A stretch of 64,000 bases of DNA. It comes from Candidatus Latescibacterota bacterium (GTDB lineage Bacteria > Latescibacterota > UBA2968 > UBA8231). The stretch's first letter is position 1. Each line of letters begins with the position of its first letter. A program made the position numbers and the translations under genes. The notes beneath the pieces are model-generated. The model did not search any database and was not told where the DNA came from. It saw nothing but the letters and a program-made list of their open reading frames with translations. The stretch spans positions 736,001-800,000 of the forward strand of contig OZ242214.1 of the NCBI GenBank assembly GCA_965206595.1, given 5' to 3'. This document shows, piece after piece, positions 36,836 to 48,652 of this stretch.

Positions 36836-38164
36836 ATGCGGCTCGGCTACCCCCAGGTCGCCCTGCAGGTTCCGGAAATACTGCTGCCCAACCCCGGTGT
36901 GGTCCTTGATCGCTGGGCGGTAATCGCCTGCGACCAGTACACCTCCGACCCGGAGTACTGGCGCCAGGTCGAGGAGCTGGTGGGGAACGATCCCTCGACG
37001 CTGCACGCGGTTTTTCCCGAGGTCCATCTCGGCGATCCCGGCCGCCATGGGCGGATCGAGCGGATAAACCGGCGGATGCGCGGATACCTCGAAGAAGGGG
37101 TCCTCGAGCCGCTTCCGGCCGGGTTTGTCCTCGTCGACCGGGAGACCCCGCGCACTCCCTCCCGCAAGGGGCTGCTGGTCTGTCTCGACCTGGAGCAGTA
37201 CGGCTTCGCCCCCGGCGCGGAGACGCTGATCCGCAGCACCGAGGAGACCGACCCGGAGCGGCTGCCCCCGCGCCTCGAGATCCGCCGCGGCGCGCCCCTG
37301 GAGCTGCCCCACATCATGGTGCTGATCGACGACCCGGAGGGCACCGTGGTCGAGCCGCTGTTCGACTGCCGCGACGAGCTGCGCCTGCTCTACGACTTCG
37401 AGCTGATGATGGGAGGCGGCCATCTGCGTGGATGGCACGTCGGGGAGCCGCACCGCATCGCCCGGGTTATCGACGCCCTTTCGGCGCTCGCCGCGGGATT
37501 CGCCGCCCGCTACGGCGCTTCCCGGGAAGCGGCCCCGCTGCTCCACGCCGTCGGGGACGGCAATCACTCGCTGGCGGCCGCCCGCGTGGTCTGGGAGGAG
37601 GCGAGGCGCAATGGAGCGCCGGCCGATCACCCTGCCCGTTGGGCCCTGGTGGAGCTGGTCAATCTGCACGACCCCGGTCTGCGCTTCGAGCCGATCCATC
37701 GCGTCGTCTTCGAGGCCGACGCGCACGAGCTGATGTCGTCGCTTTCCGATCACTGCCGCTCGCGGGGGTCGCATCTCGAGGTCACCGATTTTGCGGATCG
37801 GCAGCAGTGGGAGAGGGCACGCGCCGGTCTCGACCGCGGTGCCCAGCACCTGCCGTTCGTGGCCAACCGCCGCCTCGGCATCGCCACCATCCACCGGCCG
37901 CGGCAGCAGCTGGCGGTGGCGTCGCTGCAGAGCTTCCTCGGCGGCGCCGGAGTCCGGCACCGCGTCGACTACATCCACGGCGGCGACCGGGTGGAGGAGC
38001 TCGGCAGCCTGCCCGGCAACGTCGGCTTCTTCACCGAGGCCCTCGACAAGCAGAGCCTGTTCCGCACCATCCTTCGCGACGGCCCCCTGCCGAGGAAGTC
38101 GTTCTCCCTCGGCGAGGCGGAGGAGAAGCGCTACTACCTCGAAAGCCGGCGCCTCGAGGAATGA
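36836..38164 (+). CDS. DUF1015 family protein
   Basis: WAVIACDQYTS, IRSTEET, ELPHIMVLIDD, AVGDGNHSLAAA, LPRKSFSLGEA. Confidence 0.85.
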   Translation: MRLGYPQVALQVPEILLPNPGVVLDRWAVIACDQYTSDPEYWRQVEELVGNDPSTLHAVFPEVHLGDPGRHGRIERINRRMRGYLEEGVLEPLPAGFVLVDRETPRTPSRKGLLVCLDLEQYGFAPGAETLIRSTEETDPERLPPRLEIRRGAPLELPHIMVLIDDPEGTVVEPLFDCRDELRLLYDFELMMGGGHLRGWHVGEPHRIARVIDALSALAAGFAARYGASREAAPLLHAVGDGNHSLAAARVVWEEARRNGAPADHPARWALVELVNLHDPGLRFEPIHRVVFEADAHELMSSLSDHCRSRGSHLEVTDFADRQQWERARAGLDRGAQHLPFVANRRLGIATIHRPRQQLAVASLQSFLGGAGVRHRVDYIHGGDRVEELGSLPGNVGFFTEALDKQSLFRTILRDGPLPRKSFSLGEAEEKRYYLESRRLEE

Positions 38165-38288
38165 CGCCCCCGGAGCTGCCGTGCCGGCGGTCCCGGGATT
38201 GCGGGGATGAGCAACCTGCGCCGAGACGATTGAAAACAAAATCCCAACCTGCTGCTCTGCGGAGCCGCCCAAACGATCGAAAGGAGCA

Positions 38289-39305
38289 ATGACCATGGCC
38301 CGTCACCTGTACGTCTCGAACTCCGGCAGCGAGTTCCTGTCCCACTTCCTCATGGACGAGGATTCGGGGAAACTCACCCCGCAGCCAGACATCGACCTCG
38401 GCGGCGCTCCCGGAGCGGTGGCTACGAACTCGGCCGAAACGGTGATGTACGTCTGCCTGCGCCCGAGCGGCGAGGTCGTCAGCTTCCGGGTCGACAAGGA
38501 TTCGGGCGCCCTCACCCGGATGGGGGCGGCGACCCTCGTCGAAGGGCCGCCCTACCTCTACCTCGACGACACCGGCCGCTTCCTGCTGGCCGCCTACTAC
38601 GGGGCCGCCGGCGTGTCGTCGCACCGCATCGAGGCGGACGGCACCGTGGGGGAACAGCTGCAGTGGCTCGACACCGAGACCCACGCCCACAGCATCCGGA
38701 CCGACCGCAGCAACCGCTTCGCCTTCGTGCCGCACACCAACCCGGCGAACTCCATCCACCAGTTCCTGTTCGACGAAGGCAGCGGCGAGCTGACCCCCAA
38801 CGACCCGCCGGTCGCCGGGCCGGACAGCGAGGAAGGGCCGCGTCACTTCGTCTTCCACCCGCAGGGGAACTTCCTCTACTCCGTCAACGAGAACGGCAGC
38901 ACCGTCTCCGCCTTCCACTTCGACCCGGACAGGGGAACGCTCGAGCCGTTTCAGCTGATCCCGACGGTGCCGGCAGGGACCGATCTCGAAGGCAAGTCCA
39001 CGGCCGAGATCCGGATCTCCGGGGATGGCCGCCACCTCTACGCCTCGAACCGCGGCCACGACACCCTGGCGTTGTTCGAGGTCGGCGGCGACGGCAGGCT
39101 GACGGCCAAGGGCCACTTCGAGACCGAGGCGACGCCGCGGTTCTTCGACATCGCCCCGGGCGGACGCTACCTCTATTCCGCGGGCCAGGGCTCTAACCGG
39201 CTGGTCTCGTACCGGATCGACCCGTCCGACGGCTCCCTCGACACGCTCGAGCGCCACGACGTCGGCGGCAGCCCGCTCTGGATCCAGTTCGTCGCGCAGG
39301 AGTGA
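38289..39305 (+). CDS. pgl: 6-phosphogluconolactonase-like beta-propeller lactonase
   Basis: HAHSI, GPRHFVFHP, LYASNRGHD, PRFF. Confidence 0.85.
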   Translation: MTMARHLYVSNSGSEFLSHFLMDEDSGKLTPQPDIDLGGAPGAVATNSAETVMYVCLRPSGEVVSFRVDKDSGALTRMGAATLVEGPPYLYLDDTGRFLLAAYYGAAGVSSHRIEADGTVGEQLQWLDTETHAHSIRTDRSNRFAFVPHTNPANSIHQFLFDEGSGELTPNDPPVAGPDSEEGPRHFVFHPQGNFLYSVNENGSTVSAFHFDPDRGTLEPFQLIPTVPAGTDLEGKSTAEIRISGDGRHLYASNRGHDTLALFEVGGDGRLTAKGHFETEATPRFFDIAPGGRYLYSAGQGSNRLVSYRIDPSDGSLDTLERHDVGGSPLWIQFVAQE

Positions 39306-39422
39306 GGGGCGGCGACGGCGGAAACCTCGGACTAGCGAGATCTCCAGCCGGTGTCGCGAGCCATGTTCGGGGCGGCAACTTGCCGGTTATGAAGGAAGAA
39401 TGGATTGACCCGGAGGAAGCGG

Positions 39423-39569
39423 ATGGCACCACCCGATGAAATTCCCCGTTTTCCGGCTCGCCCGGAGTGCAGGCCGATGGCGGCCGTCGACGATGAGCGC
39501 AGGCTTGTGGGCTGGCGCGACATCGGTGGCCTGCGCGAAGCGGTGAAAACCCCGCACCAATTCACATGA
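39423..39569 (+). CDS. 48-aa small ORF (remnant or leader) coupled to the GH36 gene
   Basis: GGAGGAAG RBS, ATG at 39423, TGA overlapping the next ATG (ATGA). Confidence 0.45.
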   Translation: MAPPDEIPRFPARPECRPMAAVDDERRLVGWRDIGGLREAVKTPHQFT

Positions 39570-41854
39570 CCGGCGCCCGAATCGAGATCGACCTGCCAGC
39601 GGCGGTGGAGCCGTGGCGGCTGACTGCGGCTTCCCCGGAACGGGAGGAGGTCGCCAGCATTCGCAGCAGCTGGACCCCGCCCCAGACGGTCCCGGCCCCG
39701 CCGCAGGCATGGAGGCACGCCGGCCGGCTGCAAGAACCGCTCGAGCTGGCCGGGGTCGCGGGCGAGGTCGTCGCCGACCGCTTCGAAGCTCCCGGGTACG
39801 AGCTCCGGAGGGAGGTGTGGCTGGCGCATTCCGCGGACTCGACAGCGGTCCGGCAGGTCCTGGTCAACCGCGGCGAAGGCCCGATCCGGCTGCGGGCGCT
39901 GCTGCCGCTGCAATGCGACGGCGCGGAGAGCCTGCTGATCTGCGGCCGCGGCGCCGAGGGCTGGGACATCCTCGTGCAGAAGCGCTTCAAGAACGACGGC
40001 CCCACTGCCTTCCGCCCCGGGGTGGCCGACGCCGACCTGGAAATGGCGGTCAAGCCGGTGGGCCCCACGGGGGAGGCGCTTCCCGAGGCCGGCGGGACCA
40101 CCCTGGTCCGCGCCGATCCCTTCTGCATGCTGCGCCCCCGGGGGGACGGCAGCGCCCCGGCGCTGTTGATCGGCTACCTCAGCCAGACCGGACACCTGGC
40201 GCGCATCCTGCTGCGGTTCGCCGACGAAGAGGAGGGCGGCACCCGGCTGGAGCAGCTCACTGCTGAATGCGAGCTCGACGGCGTGGAGGTGAAGCCGGGC
40301 GAACAGCGCGCGAGCCAGTGGCTGCTGGTCGCCGCCGGGGAAACCAACCGGCTGATCGCGGAATTCGCCGACCGCGTCGGCATCTTTCACGACATCGCCC
40401 CTGCCCCCTCGCCGCCGGCGGTATGGTGCTCCTTCTCGGCCTACGGCGAGTCCTACAGCGAAGCGCTGTTCGATCAGGACCTCGCCGATCTCGCGGCACG
40501 GCGCGTGCCGATGGATTTCTTCCTGATCGACGGGGGCTGGGAGCGTGCCCGCGGGGACTGGGAGCCCGACCCGGAAAGGTGGCCGGGCGGCATGAAGGCG
40601 GCTGCCGCGCGAATCGCGGACCTCGGGTACGGCCCGGCGCTGTGGACGGCGCCCTACACCGTCCACCCGGAGTCGCCGCTGGCGAAGGAACATCCCGACT
40701 GGATGGCGACGACCGCGGACGGAGAGCGCTACGACTACATGAACGGCTTCGTCCTCGACACCACCGCGCCCGGTGCCTGCGGCCACCTCGAGCGCCTCTA
40801 CCGCACCCTGACGCGCGACTGGGGCTACCGCTACCACAAGTTCGATTTCATGCGCGGCATCTTCAACAACCCGGCCATGCGCTTCCGCGACCCTTCGGCA
40901 ACCCGGCTCGAGGCCTATCGCCGCGGCCTGGAGGCGATCCGCCGCGGCGCCGGAGCGGACGCCTACCTCTGCGTCTGCGGCGGCCATTTCGGCGGCTCGC
41001 TCGGACTGGCCGACGCCCAGCGCAGCGGCAGCGACGTGCGCGGCTGGTGGGAGGTGATGAAGCCGCGCATCAAGCAGAACCTGCTGCGCACCTGGATGCA
41101 CCGGCTCTGGCACGTCGACCCGGACGCCATGCTGCTGCGGAGGCGAGAAGAGCCGCTGGTCGAGGGGGCCATGGGCTCCTACACCCTCGGCAGGTTGAGC
41201 GACGACGAGGCGCGGACCGTGGTTCTGAACCAGTACCTCGGCGGCCAGCTCATTTGCCTGGGAGAGGCGTTCCGCCATCTCGACGAGGACCGGCGCGCCC
41301 TCCTGCGCCACGCCATTCCGTCGATCGGTTCCCCGGCGGTGCCGCTCGACCCGTTCGAGCCGGTGGCCCCGTCGCAGCTCGTCACCAAGGTGACCCCCCG
41401 TTGCGGCGCCCTCGAACCGTGGAACACCCTCGCCCTGATCAACTGGAGCGACGCCCCGCAGCGGATGGCCGCGAGCCTTTCCGCTGAGGTCGTCGGCGGC
41501 CTGCAGGCCGACCGCTTCCTGGTTACGGAGTTCTTCACGGATACAGCGATCGGGGTGGCCGCCGCCGGCGAGAGCATCGACCTCGGACTCGTGCCCCCGC
41601 ACGCCAGCCGCCTGCTGCGGATCGTCCCGTGGCGCGGGGAAGGTCCGGTGCTGGCCGGCACCGATCTCAGCTTTTCGGGCGGTGGGGTGGAGGTCGTCGA
41701 GTGGCGCCCCGGAGAGGGAGAGGCCGACGGCAGGGTGGCGACCGACTGGGACTACCCCTGCCGCGTCAGGGTCGCCTTTCCGCGGGAGGAGGGCTGTGCC
41801 TTGGCTTCAGTGGTTGTGCCGGCGGGCGGGGGGGAGTTCAGGGTGGGGGTGTAG
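39566..41854 (+). CDS. Alpha-galactosidase-like, GH36/GH27 clan D
   Basis: WCSF, FLIDGGW, GDW, RWPGGMK, LWTAP, HKFDF, HVDPD. Confidence 0.85.
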   Translation: MTGARIEIDLPAAVEPWRLTAASPEREEVASIRSSWTPPQTVPAPPQAWRHAGRLQEPLELAGVAGEVVADRFEAPGYELRREVWLAHSADSTAVRQVLVNRGEGPIRLRALLPLQCDGAESLLICGRGAEGWDILVQKRFKNDGPTAFRPGVADADLEMAVKPVGPTGEALPEAGGTTLVRADPFCMLRPRGDGSAPALLIGYLSQTGHLARILLRFADEEEGGTRLEQLTAECELDGVEVKPGEQRASQWLLVAAGETNRLIAEFADRVGIFHDIAPAPSPPAVWCSFSAYGESYSEALFDQDLADLAARRVPMDFFLIDGGWERARGDWEPDPERWPGGMKAAAARIADLGYGPALWTAPYTVHPESPLAKEHPDWMATTADGERYDYMNGFVLDTTAPGACGHLERLYRTLTRDWGYRYHKFDFMRGIFNNPAMRFRDPSATRLEAYRRGLEAIRRGAGADAYLCVCGGHFGGSLGLADAQRSGSDVRGWWEVMKPRIKQNLLRTWMHRLWHVDPDAMLLRRREEPLVEGAMGSYTLGRLSDDEARTVVLNQYLGGQLICLGEAFRHLDEDRRALLRHAIPSIGSPAVPLDPFEPVAPSQLVTKVTPRCGALEPWNTLALINWSDAPQRMAASLSAEVVGGLQADRFLVTEFFTDTAIGVAAAGESIDLGLVPPHASRLLRIVPWRGEGPVLAGTDLSFSGGGVEVVEWRPGEGEADGRVATDWDYPCRVRVAFPREEGCALASVVVPAGGGEFRVGV

Positions 41855-41933
41855 GCAGCGGATTCTCACGGGGCCGGCGAGTAGGAGGAAGCGGAAGTGG
41901 GGATGGCGCCTTTTGGATGGCTGGCAACCCGGT

Positions 41934-42520
41934 TTAGTCACGGGCAGGCGGGGAAAACTGATTCGTAACAACCGCAGAAAACCTGGGTTCCAATCGATAG
42001 CTGCTTGGAATCGGACGCATGGATTCGATGGTATCCGAGCGGTCACCCGTGGTTTCTATCTGAGTCTGGGGCTTGCAGATCTCCGCAGGAGCCACCGGAC
42101 GGGCAGGGCAGCGCACGGACTTTAGGCCCGACTTGGCCTGTTGTTCCTGGACACTTCGGAAGATCTCCTTGATGTCGTAACCGCACTGAGCGGCAAGTTC
42201 GTTCCGTATTGCCCGGACTTTAGTCACGATAGGGTCATTTCTCATCGTTGATGTCCCCCGAACAGCCTCGTTGATCTCCAACAAATGGCCTCGCTCAAAG
42301 CGAAGCCTGACTCGCAAATTCATTCGTTTTGACGTGAAGATTTCTTCAACGTAGCGCTCAACATAGACATTGCGGCACTGAAGAATGGCCTGCTCCACCT
42401 TCTTCAGGCAGGTGGCCAGAACCTCATGCAACATCGGGCACGATCTCCGCTAGTTTTTGACGGAGTTGCAAATAGTGGCGGTAGTCATTCGCCCAGTCGA
42501 CGAATACTGCGTCGTTGGAG
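41934..42520 (-). pseudogene. Decayed toxin-antitoxin remnants (TumA-like tail, truncated DUF6516/TumE-like toxin fused to a small hypothetical gene)
   Basis: ...DAVFVDWANDYRHYLQLRQKL..* overlaps MLHEV...NLRVRLRFERGHLLEINEAV, which stops resembling the toxin and runs into MRNDPIVTKVRAIRNELAAQCGYDI. Low GC. Confidence 0.55.
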
Positions 42521-42896
42521 TTCCCCCCGTTCAGTGGAGGGTTAACCACCTGCGATGGCTGAAGCCACTGGGGCGGTGCGTTCGTAGTTCATGGGGGACT
42601 CGTAATTGAGGGGATTTGGGCATGGCGGGTGCCCGGACCTGTACGATATCGTTATGAATCAGTCGCCAGCAAGTCATCTTTAATGTGACGCATAAGTCGA
42701 TGTCGGCCTCTGGGCGGCTTCGATGCTAAAGTGCGATTAGGTGCCGGCTGCTTGATCGTATATCCTTACGATAACGTGAGGCCCTTGCGGAGGTTGAGTG
42801 GGTTCTGCCTCGTGGCCGGGCGAAATTTCCGCCTCGCGCACGAGGGCGAGTTCCGGCAGATTCCTCCAACGGGAAAACCATCGAATAGGAAGCAAA

Positions 42897-43136
42897 GTGA
42901 CATTTGCCCTGATCAGCTTTCTCTGCGCTCTTGTCCTGGCGGACCAGTGTTGGGGACAACGGGGTTATGACATCCAGCCGGGCAGAATCGTAGTCGACTC
43001 CCGGAGTCATTGGGAGCGCTGGCATTCCGTCACCGGCACAATCCAGATGGACGGCGATGCCGTCAGACCAGCCTTCATCCGCAAAAGCACGACACTCGAT
43101 GTTGGATCAATTCAACCGACGTCACCGGCTTTTTAG
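42897..43136 (+). pseudogene. 5' fragment of a secreted protein gene
   Basis: AGGAAG RBS, GTG, signal peptide FALISFLCALVLADQCWG, then IVVDSRSHWERW...PAFIRK; truncated at ~43100. Confidence 0.55.
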
Positions 43137-44603
43137 ATGATGAGGAAATAACCTATTCCTCGGATAGGGGTACCTACCAGGATGATGTGTATAGCATCAA
43201 ACCCCTGGGGCCCGGAGTTGAATACTTCCTTGTCGAAAACCGGCAGACGGGAACCGGGTGGAACCGGGGGTACCCCGACGACGCTTCAGGTCTGCTGATA
43301 TGGCACGTAAACGATAATCGCGAATTCCAGATTGATGCTGTTGACCTTATAGAAGCAGACAATATATCCGAGGAAGACCCTCCTCTCTCCGATAGGTCGA
43401 CTTACAGCGGAGATCCCTTTCCCGGTACCAGTGTAAAGACCCGGCTTACCGATTTCACTATTCCCAGCAGCACCAAGCGGTGGGAGACAAAGGCCAACCC
43501 GGATCCTAACGTCCACATCGGGAATTCGAACGTCCTGATCGTCGATATCCAGGGGAGTGGAAATTCCATGACCGCGGACCTGAGTCCGTTCTGGGCCGGC
43601 GAGATTCCCACTAGCACCACCTGGAGCGGCGCCGTAAGGGTTGGTGGCGACGTTACGGTCAACCCCGATGTCACCCTGACCTTGGGCGAAGGGACGGGGG
43701 TCCGTTTTCTCGCCGACCGGGACGACACGGAAACAGGCGGCGTCGACGCGGACAAGTCCGAGCTGATCATAGAAGGCAGCCTCGCGGCCGGGGCCGGGAG
43801 TACCACCTTGCGTTCGAGCAACGACAACCCCGCTGGCCCCGAGTGGTACGGTGTGCGCCTGAACGGGGGAGCTGCCAACCTGTCCAACGCCACCCTTCGC
43901 GACGGGGTCGCGTGCGTGCCGGTTACCAGCGGCGAGGGCTTCGAGTTGACGGGGGCCCGGTTGGAGGACTGCGGCCTGATCACGGGTTCCGGCGATGTTT
44001 CCTTTCCCGAAGACCGCATCGATCCGGTGGAAACCTACGAAGCCGCCGGGCGGCTCGGGTCCTCCGTCACCTGGGACCTGGAAGGGGACGATGAGGAATC
44101 CTTTACCATCACGCCGGCTGGCAGCGAGACGACGGATGACGCCGAAGAACTGGGAGCCGACCTTGCATTCTCCCCCCTGCCGAACTTCGAGGAACCGACG
44201 GACAAGGCGAAGCCGGAAATGGACAACGAGTATGGGGTGGTCGTGGTGGTCAGCGGCGGTCAACTGCAGGCGACCAAGAAGGTGGCGGTGAACGTGACCG
44301 ACGTGTACGAGCCGGAGGTGCCGCGTCCTCCCGGGGGACTGTCTGCGGAGTCGGGTTGGACCCTCATCCACCTGGAGTGGCTCCCGGCGGCCGACGTCAG
44401 CCGTTACGACGTGCAGATGCAGGGCCGGTACTCCAATCGAAGTGTGTCAGACGATCCGACGGTTTGGCCCACCGATTGGACGCTCGTGGCCGAAAACGAG
44501 GCAACCGCAACAGAAGGAATCCGCCATCGGTATACTCACACCGGCTTGGATCCAGACTACATATACCGCTACCGGGTCCGTTCGCGCATCGGTGACATCG
44601 TCA

Positions 44604-46020
44604 GGCATTGTCCCGATCTTAGTTGAAACAGCACAGGCTCCTCTCGCTACCTTGGTACGGGAAGTTTTTGCGGAAAACCTCGTATCAGGTAACAGAAAGG
44701 AGCCTGCCATGAGCAAGCTATCAGGACCCCGGAAGCAGGTCAAACGCAGCCTGGAAATCGGCCCCGTGAATGCGGAGGCCGCCGCCCTTACCGGCGATCT
44801 GGATACGCGCATCGAGGGGATCCAATGCCTGATTCCTTTGGGTCTGCAAGCCGTCGCCGAGGAACTGCAACGGGCGGTCGAGGAGTTGGCCGGGCCGCGC
44901 TATCAGCGCAAGGGGGCCGAGCAGCCGGTGCGCCGCTGGGGATCTCAGTCCGGATCGGTGTATCTGGGCGATCAGAAACTGAGGGTCGAAGTGCCGCGGG
45001 TGCGCAATGTGGCCAGCCGGACCGAGGTGCCGCTGGCGGCCTACCCGGCCCTGCAGAGGCCCCGGAACCAGGACGAGGGTCTGTTGCTGCGCGTGTTGAA
45101 AGGGATCGCCACGCGCGACTACGAGGCCTGCGCCGAGGCCGTCCCGGCCGGTCCGGTTCCTCGGTGTCGCGCCGCTACGTGAAAGGCACGGCGCGAAAGC
45201 TGGCCGAATTCCAGGAGCGATCCCTGGAAGGATACGATCTGGTGGCGCTGTTTCTCGACGGCAAGAGCTTCGCCGACGAAGAAATCCTCATCGCGCTGGG
45301 GGTCACCCTGGACGGACACAAGATTCCGCTGGGCTTCGTGCAGGCGGCCACCGAGAACGAGCGCGTCTGCCGGCGCTTCCTGTCCGATCTGGTCGAACGG
45401 GGCTTGCAGTATGAAGCCGGACTGCTGGTCGTCCTCGACGGCGGCAAGGGACTGTACAAGGCGGTGCGGTCGGTGCTGAAAGGGCATGCCTGCGTGCAGC
45501 GCTGCCAGTATCACAAGCGCCAGAACGTCGTCTCGTATCTGCCCAAGAGCGAGCAGGCCCGGATCCGTTACAAAATGGAAGCGGCCTACGGGCAAGCGAC
45601 GTACGAGGAGGCCAAGGCTGCCCTGGAGGCGCTCAAACCGGGCTTGGAGCTGACGAACCAGTCCGCCCTGCACAGCCTCGAGGAAGGCCTGGAAGAGACC
45701 CTCACCCTGCACCGCTTGGGAGTGATGCCGATGTTGAAGAATTCCTTCCGTACCACCAACTGCATCGAGAACGTCAACGGTCTTCTGGGGCAGTTGACGC
45801 ACAACGTCCGGCGCTGGAGCAACTCATCGCAGCGTCACCGCTGGGTAGCCACGGCGCTGTTGGACATCGAACCGCGTCTGCGCCGGGTAAAAGGCTACCG
45901 TCACTTACCGACGTTGCGGCACGCCCTGCAGGCCGAGCTCGGTATCAAACAGCTCGCTATGACGGGCTGATCTATTCAACCGAGCCTGTGCTTTGTTTCA
46001 ACTGAAAATGGGACTTGCCC
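44604..46020 (+). mobile_element. IS256-family element with frameshifted transposase (44709-45970)
   Basis: Imperfect IRs GGCATTGTCCCGATCTTAGTTGAAACA / GGGCAAGTCCCATTTTCAGTTGAAACA; FLDG, VLDG, QRCQYHK, RTTNCIE motifs; frameshift at ~45150; no clear target duplication. Confidence 0.88.
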
Positions 46021-47480
46021 GATGACCGTGGCCGGATATCATTCCGGACAACGACAGCGGAGTGCGGCCCCGCCCGGGGGCCCCGACCCAGCCTGAAGCG
46101 ACAGCGGGCGACCGTTCGGCCACCCTGACCTGGACCATACCCACCGACTACCTCACCAAGTGGGAGTACCGAGCCGGCACCGTGGTGGGGGGCAAGGTGG
46201 TATGGGGAGAGTGGGAGGACATAGGCTTCGGGTCTGCCAGGAACGGGGATGCGGAGGGGCTGACCAACGGCACGGCGTATACGTTCCAGGTGCGGGCCTT
46301 CAATGATGCCGGGGATGGCGAGCCGTCGCCAGCGAGTGAAACCGTGATACCCAGGCAGAGCATCGGCGACCTGGCGATCACGGGAGCGGAAACGCCGAGG
46401 TTACCCGAGCACAGCGAGGATGTGGTGGCCACCTACGTGGCGACCTTTCCCGCAGGACACAGCATCAGCTGGTCGCTGGTCGACCAATACGACGACGACG
46501 CTTTTTCGATCGACGGGGGCCTGTTGAGCTTCCGGGCTCCACCCGACTTCGAAGCCCCTATCGATACGGGCGACTATACCGACGCGAACGGCAACACCGA
46601 TCCGAACGGCAACAATGTCTACCATGTCACGGTGCGTATCGACGACGCCGGCTCTTCGGGTGGTTTTTCCATTTTTGACGTAACGGTGACGGTGACCAAC
46701 GTGGACGAGCCGGGCCGTGTGGAGCTGTCGTCGACCGCGCCCAAGGTGGGGGACAGGCTGACCGCGGAGCTCACCGACCCGGACATGGGCATAGAGGTTG
46801 TGGAGTGGCATTGGCAGGCCTTGCCCCCGGGCACTCGCAGTACGCACCCCCCGACCGGTCCGGGAGAGTCGACGGACCCTTCCCTGCTGGTCACGAGCGA
46901 GCATATCGGGCTGACCCTGTCGGCGCAGGTGACCTACCTGGACGGGGAAAGCAACAATGCGAACGACCGCAAGAGCGCGCAGAGCGCGGCGACGGCGCCG
47001 GTGGTGGACGTGCCTTCGGCGCCGCGGGAGTTGGAGGCGGCTGCGGGGAACGCCCGGGTGGATCTGAGGTGGGATCCGCCGCTTACGGACAACGGCTCGG
47101 CGCTGACGGGGTATGGGTATCGCTACGGCAGCGGCGGCAGTTGGACCCCGGGGACTCTGGGGGTGACGACGAGTCACACGATCGATCAGTTGACCAACGG
47201 GTTGGAGTACAGCTTCGAGGTGCGCGCCGTCAACGGGGCGGGCGAGGGGGCCTCCGCGAGCGACACGGCGACGCCGAGGCGGCCGGACACGCGCGGCCGG
47301 GTGGAGTGGAGCACGACTCAGCCGCGGGTGGGTCAGGAGCTGACGCCGACGCTCCTCGACCCGGACACCCCCGCGCTGGCAGAGGCGCGCTGGCGCTGGC
47401 GCCGGTTGGGGTGGCTTCGGTCCGATGCCGGCGATTCGCTGTCGGCGCCGGCCCCTGAGTCGCGCTCCGGTGAATCGAAA

Positions 47481-48569
47481 CTAGTGTCCTGTCGCAGAAA
47501 TTCGTTCACAAAGTCTCTTGATTTTGGCGAGGATGGAATCCGCCGTAGCCGTCCAGACGAAAGGGTGTGCGTTGGCGTTCCATTTGGCCGTGTAGCGTTC
47601 GATTCGCTCGATGAGCTCCGACACCTTGCGGAACGAATCGCGCCGAACCGCCTGGCGGGTGAGGATATTGAACCAGATCTCCACCTGATTGAGCCACGAA
47701 GCATACGTGGGAGTGTAGTGAAGGTGAAATCGGGGACGCCGTGCCAGCCATCGCTTGACCTTGGCATGCTTATGCGTGGCGTAGTTGTCGACGACGAGAT
47801 GAATATCGAGGTCAGCGGGCACGTTGGCCTCGATGTGGCGCAGGAACTGGAGGAACTCCTGGTGACGATGACGGGGCTTGCACTGGGTCATCACTTCCCC
47901 GGTGGCGATGTCCAGGGCGGCAAACAGGGTGGTGGTGCCGTGCCGCTTGTAGTCGTGCGTAATCCCTTCCACGTATCCCAGTCCCAGGGGCAGCATGGGC
48001 TGACTTCGTTCCAACGCCTGGATCTGGCTCTTCTCGTCCACGCACAGCACCAGGGCGTGCTCGGGGGGATTCAGGTACAAGCCGACGATATCCCGTACTT
48101 TGTCGACAAAGAAAGGATCGGTGGAAAGCTTGAAGCGCTTGTGTCGATGGGGCTGCAAACCATACGTGCGCCAAATGCGATGAACCGCGTCCTTGGTCAG
48201 GCCGGTTTCTTCGCCCATGGAGCGCACCGACCACTGTGTTTCGTCTTTGGGCTTGGTCTTCAGGGTCTTGTATACCACCTCGGCTACCTGCTCGTCCGTG
48301 ATCGATCGCGGCGCCCCTGAACGTAGTTCATCATACAAGCCATTGAGTCCGTTGTCGAGAAAACGCCGGCGCCATTTGCCCACCGTAGCTCGCGTCACAC
48401 CCACCGCGGAAGCGACCGCTTCATTGGGCCAGCCATCGGCGGCCAGCAGCACCATCTCGGCTCGCCGCACCAATCCGTGGGGAAGACTTCGTGATTTGGC
48501 CATCGATTCCAGTCGTTCCCGGTCCGACGGACTCAGCTCTAACGGCGTTAATGGACGCCCCGTCACCAT
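47481..48569 (-). CDS. IS630 transposase (intact)
   Basis: [36 protein letters not shown]. Confidence 0.95.
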   Translation of the reverse strand: MVTGRPLTPLELSPSDRERLESMAKSRSLPHGLVRRAEMVLLAADGWPNEAVASAVGVTRATVGKWRRRFLDNGLNGLYDELRSGAPRSITDEQVAEVVYKTLKTKPKDETQWSVRSMGEETGLTKDAVHRIWRTYGLQPHRHKRFKLSTDPFFVDKVRDIVGLYLNPPEHALVLCVDEKSQIQALERSQPMLPLGLGYVEGITHDYKRHGTTTLFAALDIATGEVMTQCKPRHRHQEFLQFLRHIEANVPADLDIHLVVDNYATHKHAKVKRWLARRPRFHLHYTPTYASWLNQVEIWFNILTRQAVRRDSFRKVSELIERIERYTAKWNANAHPFVWTATADSILAKIKRLCERISATGH

Positions 48570-48652
48570 AGGTCTCTCCTTTCAGAAGGGGGATAAGGGA
48601 AACCTACGGCACTTTCAATTGTTTGTACAGTTAATTACACGACATGACACTA
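47482..48652 (-). mobile_element. IS630-family element with TA target duplication
   Basis: Ends TAGTGTCCTGTCG / CGACATGACACTA. Removing the element restores ...ESKLGVIARTRQY... in frame. Confidence 0.93.

Noticed and set aside
44624-44651. ECF-like promoter TGAAAC-N16-GCTACC inside the IS256 left end
   Set aside because: TGAAAC is part of the inverted repeat and the -10 matches only partly; likely chance.
46023-46025. TGA at the IS256 junction as a second selenocysteine codon
   Set aside because: Not at a redox or conserved Cys position, no evident SECIS, and lies at an insertion scar.
47484-48320. C-terminal part of ORF 46062-48320 as a real domain
   Set aside because: Read-through into the antisense strand of the IS630 transposase.
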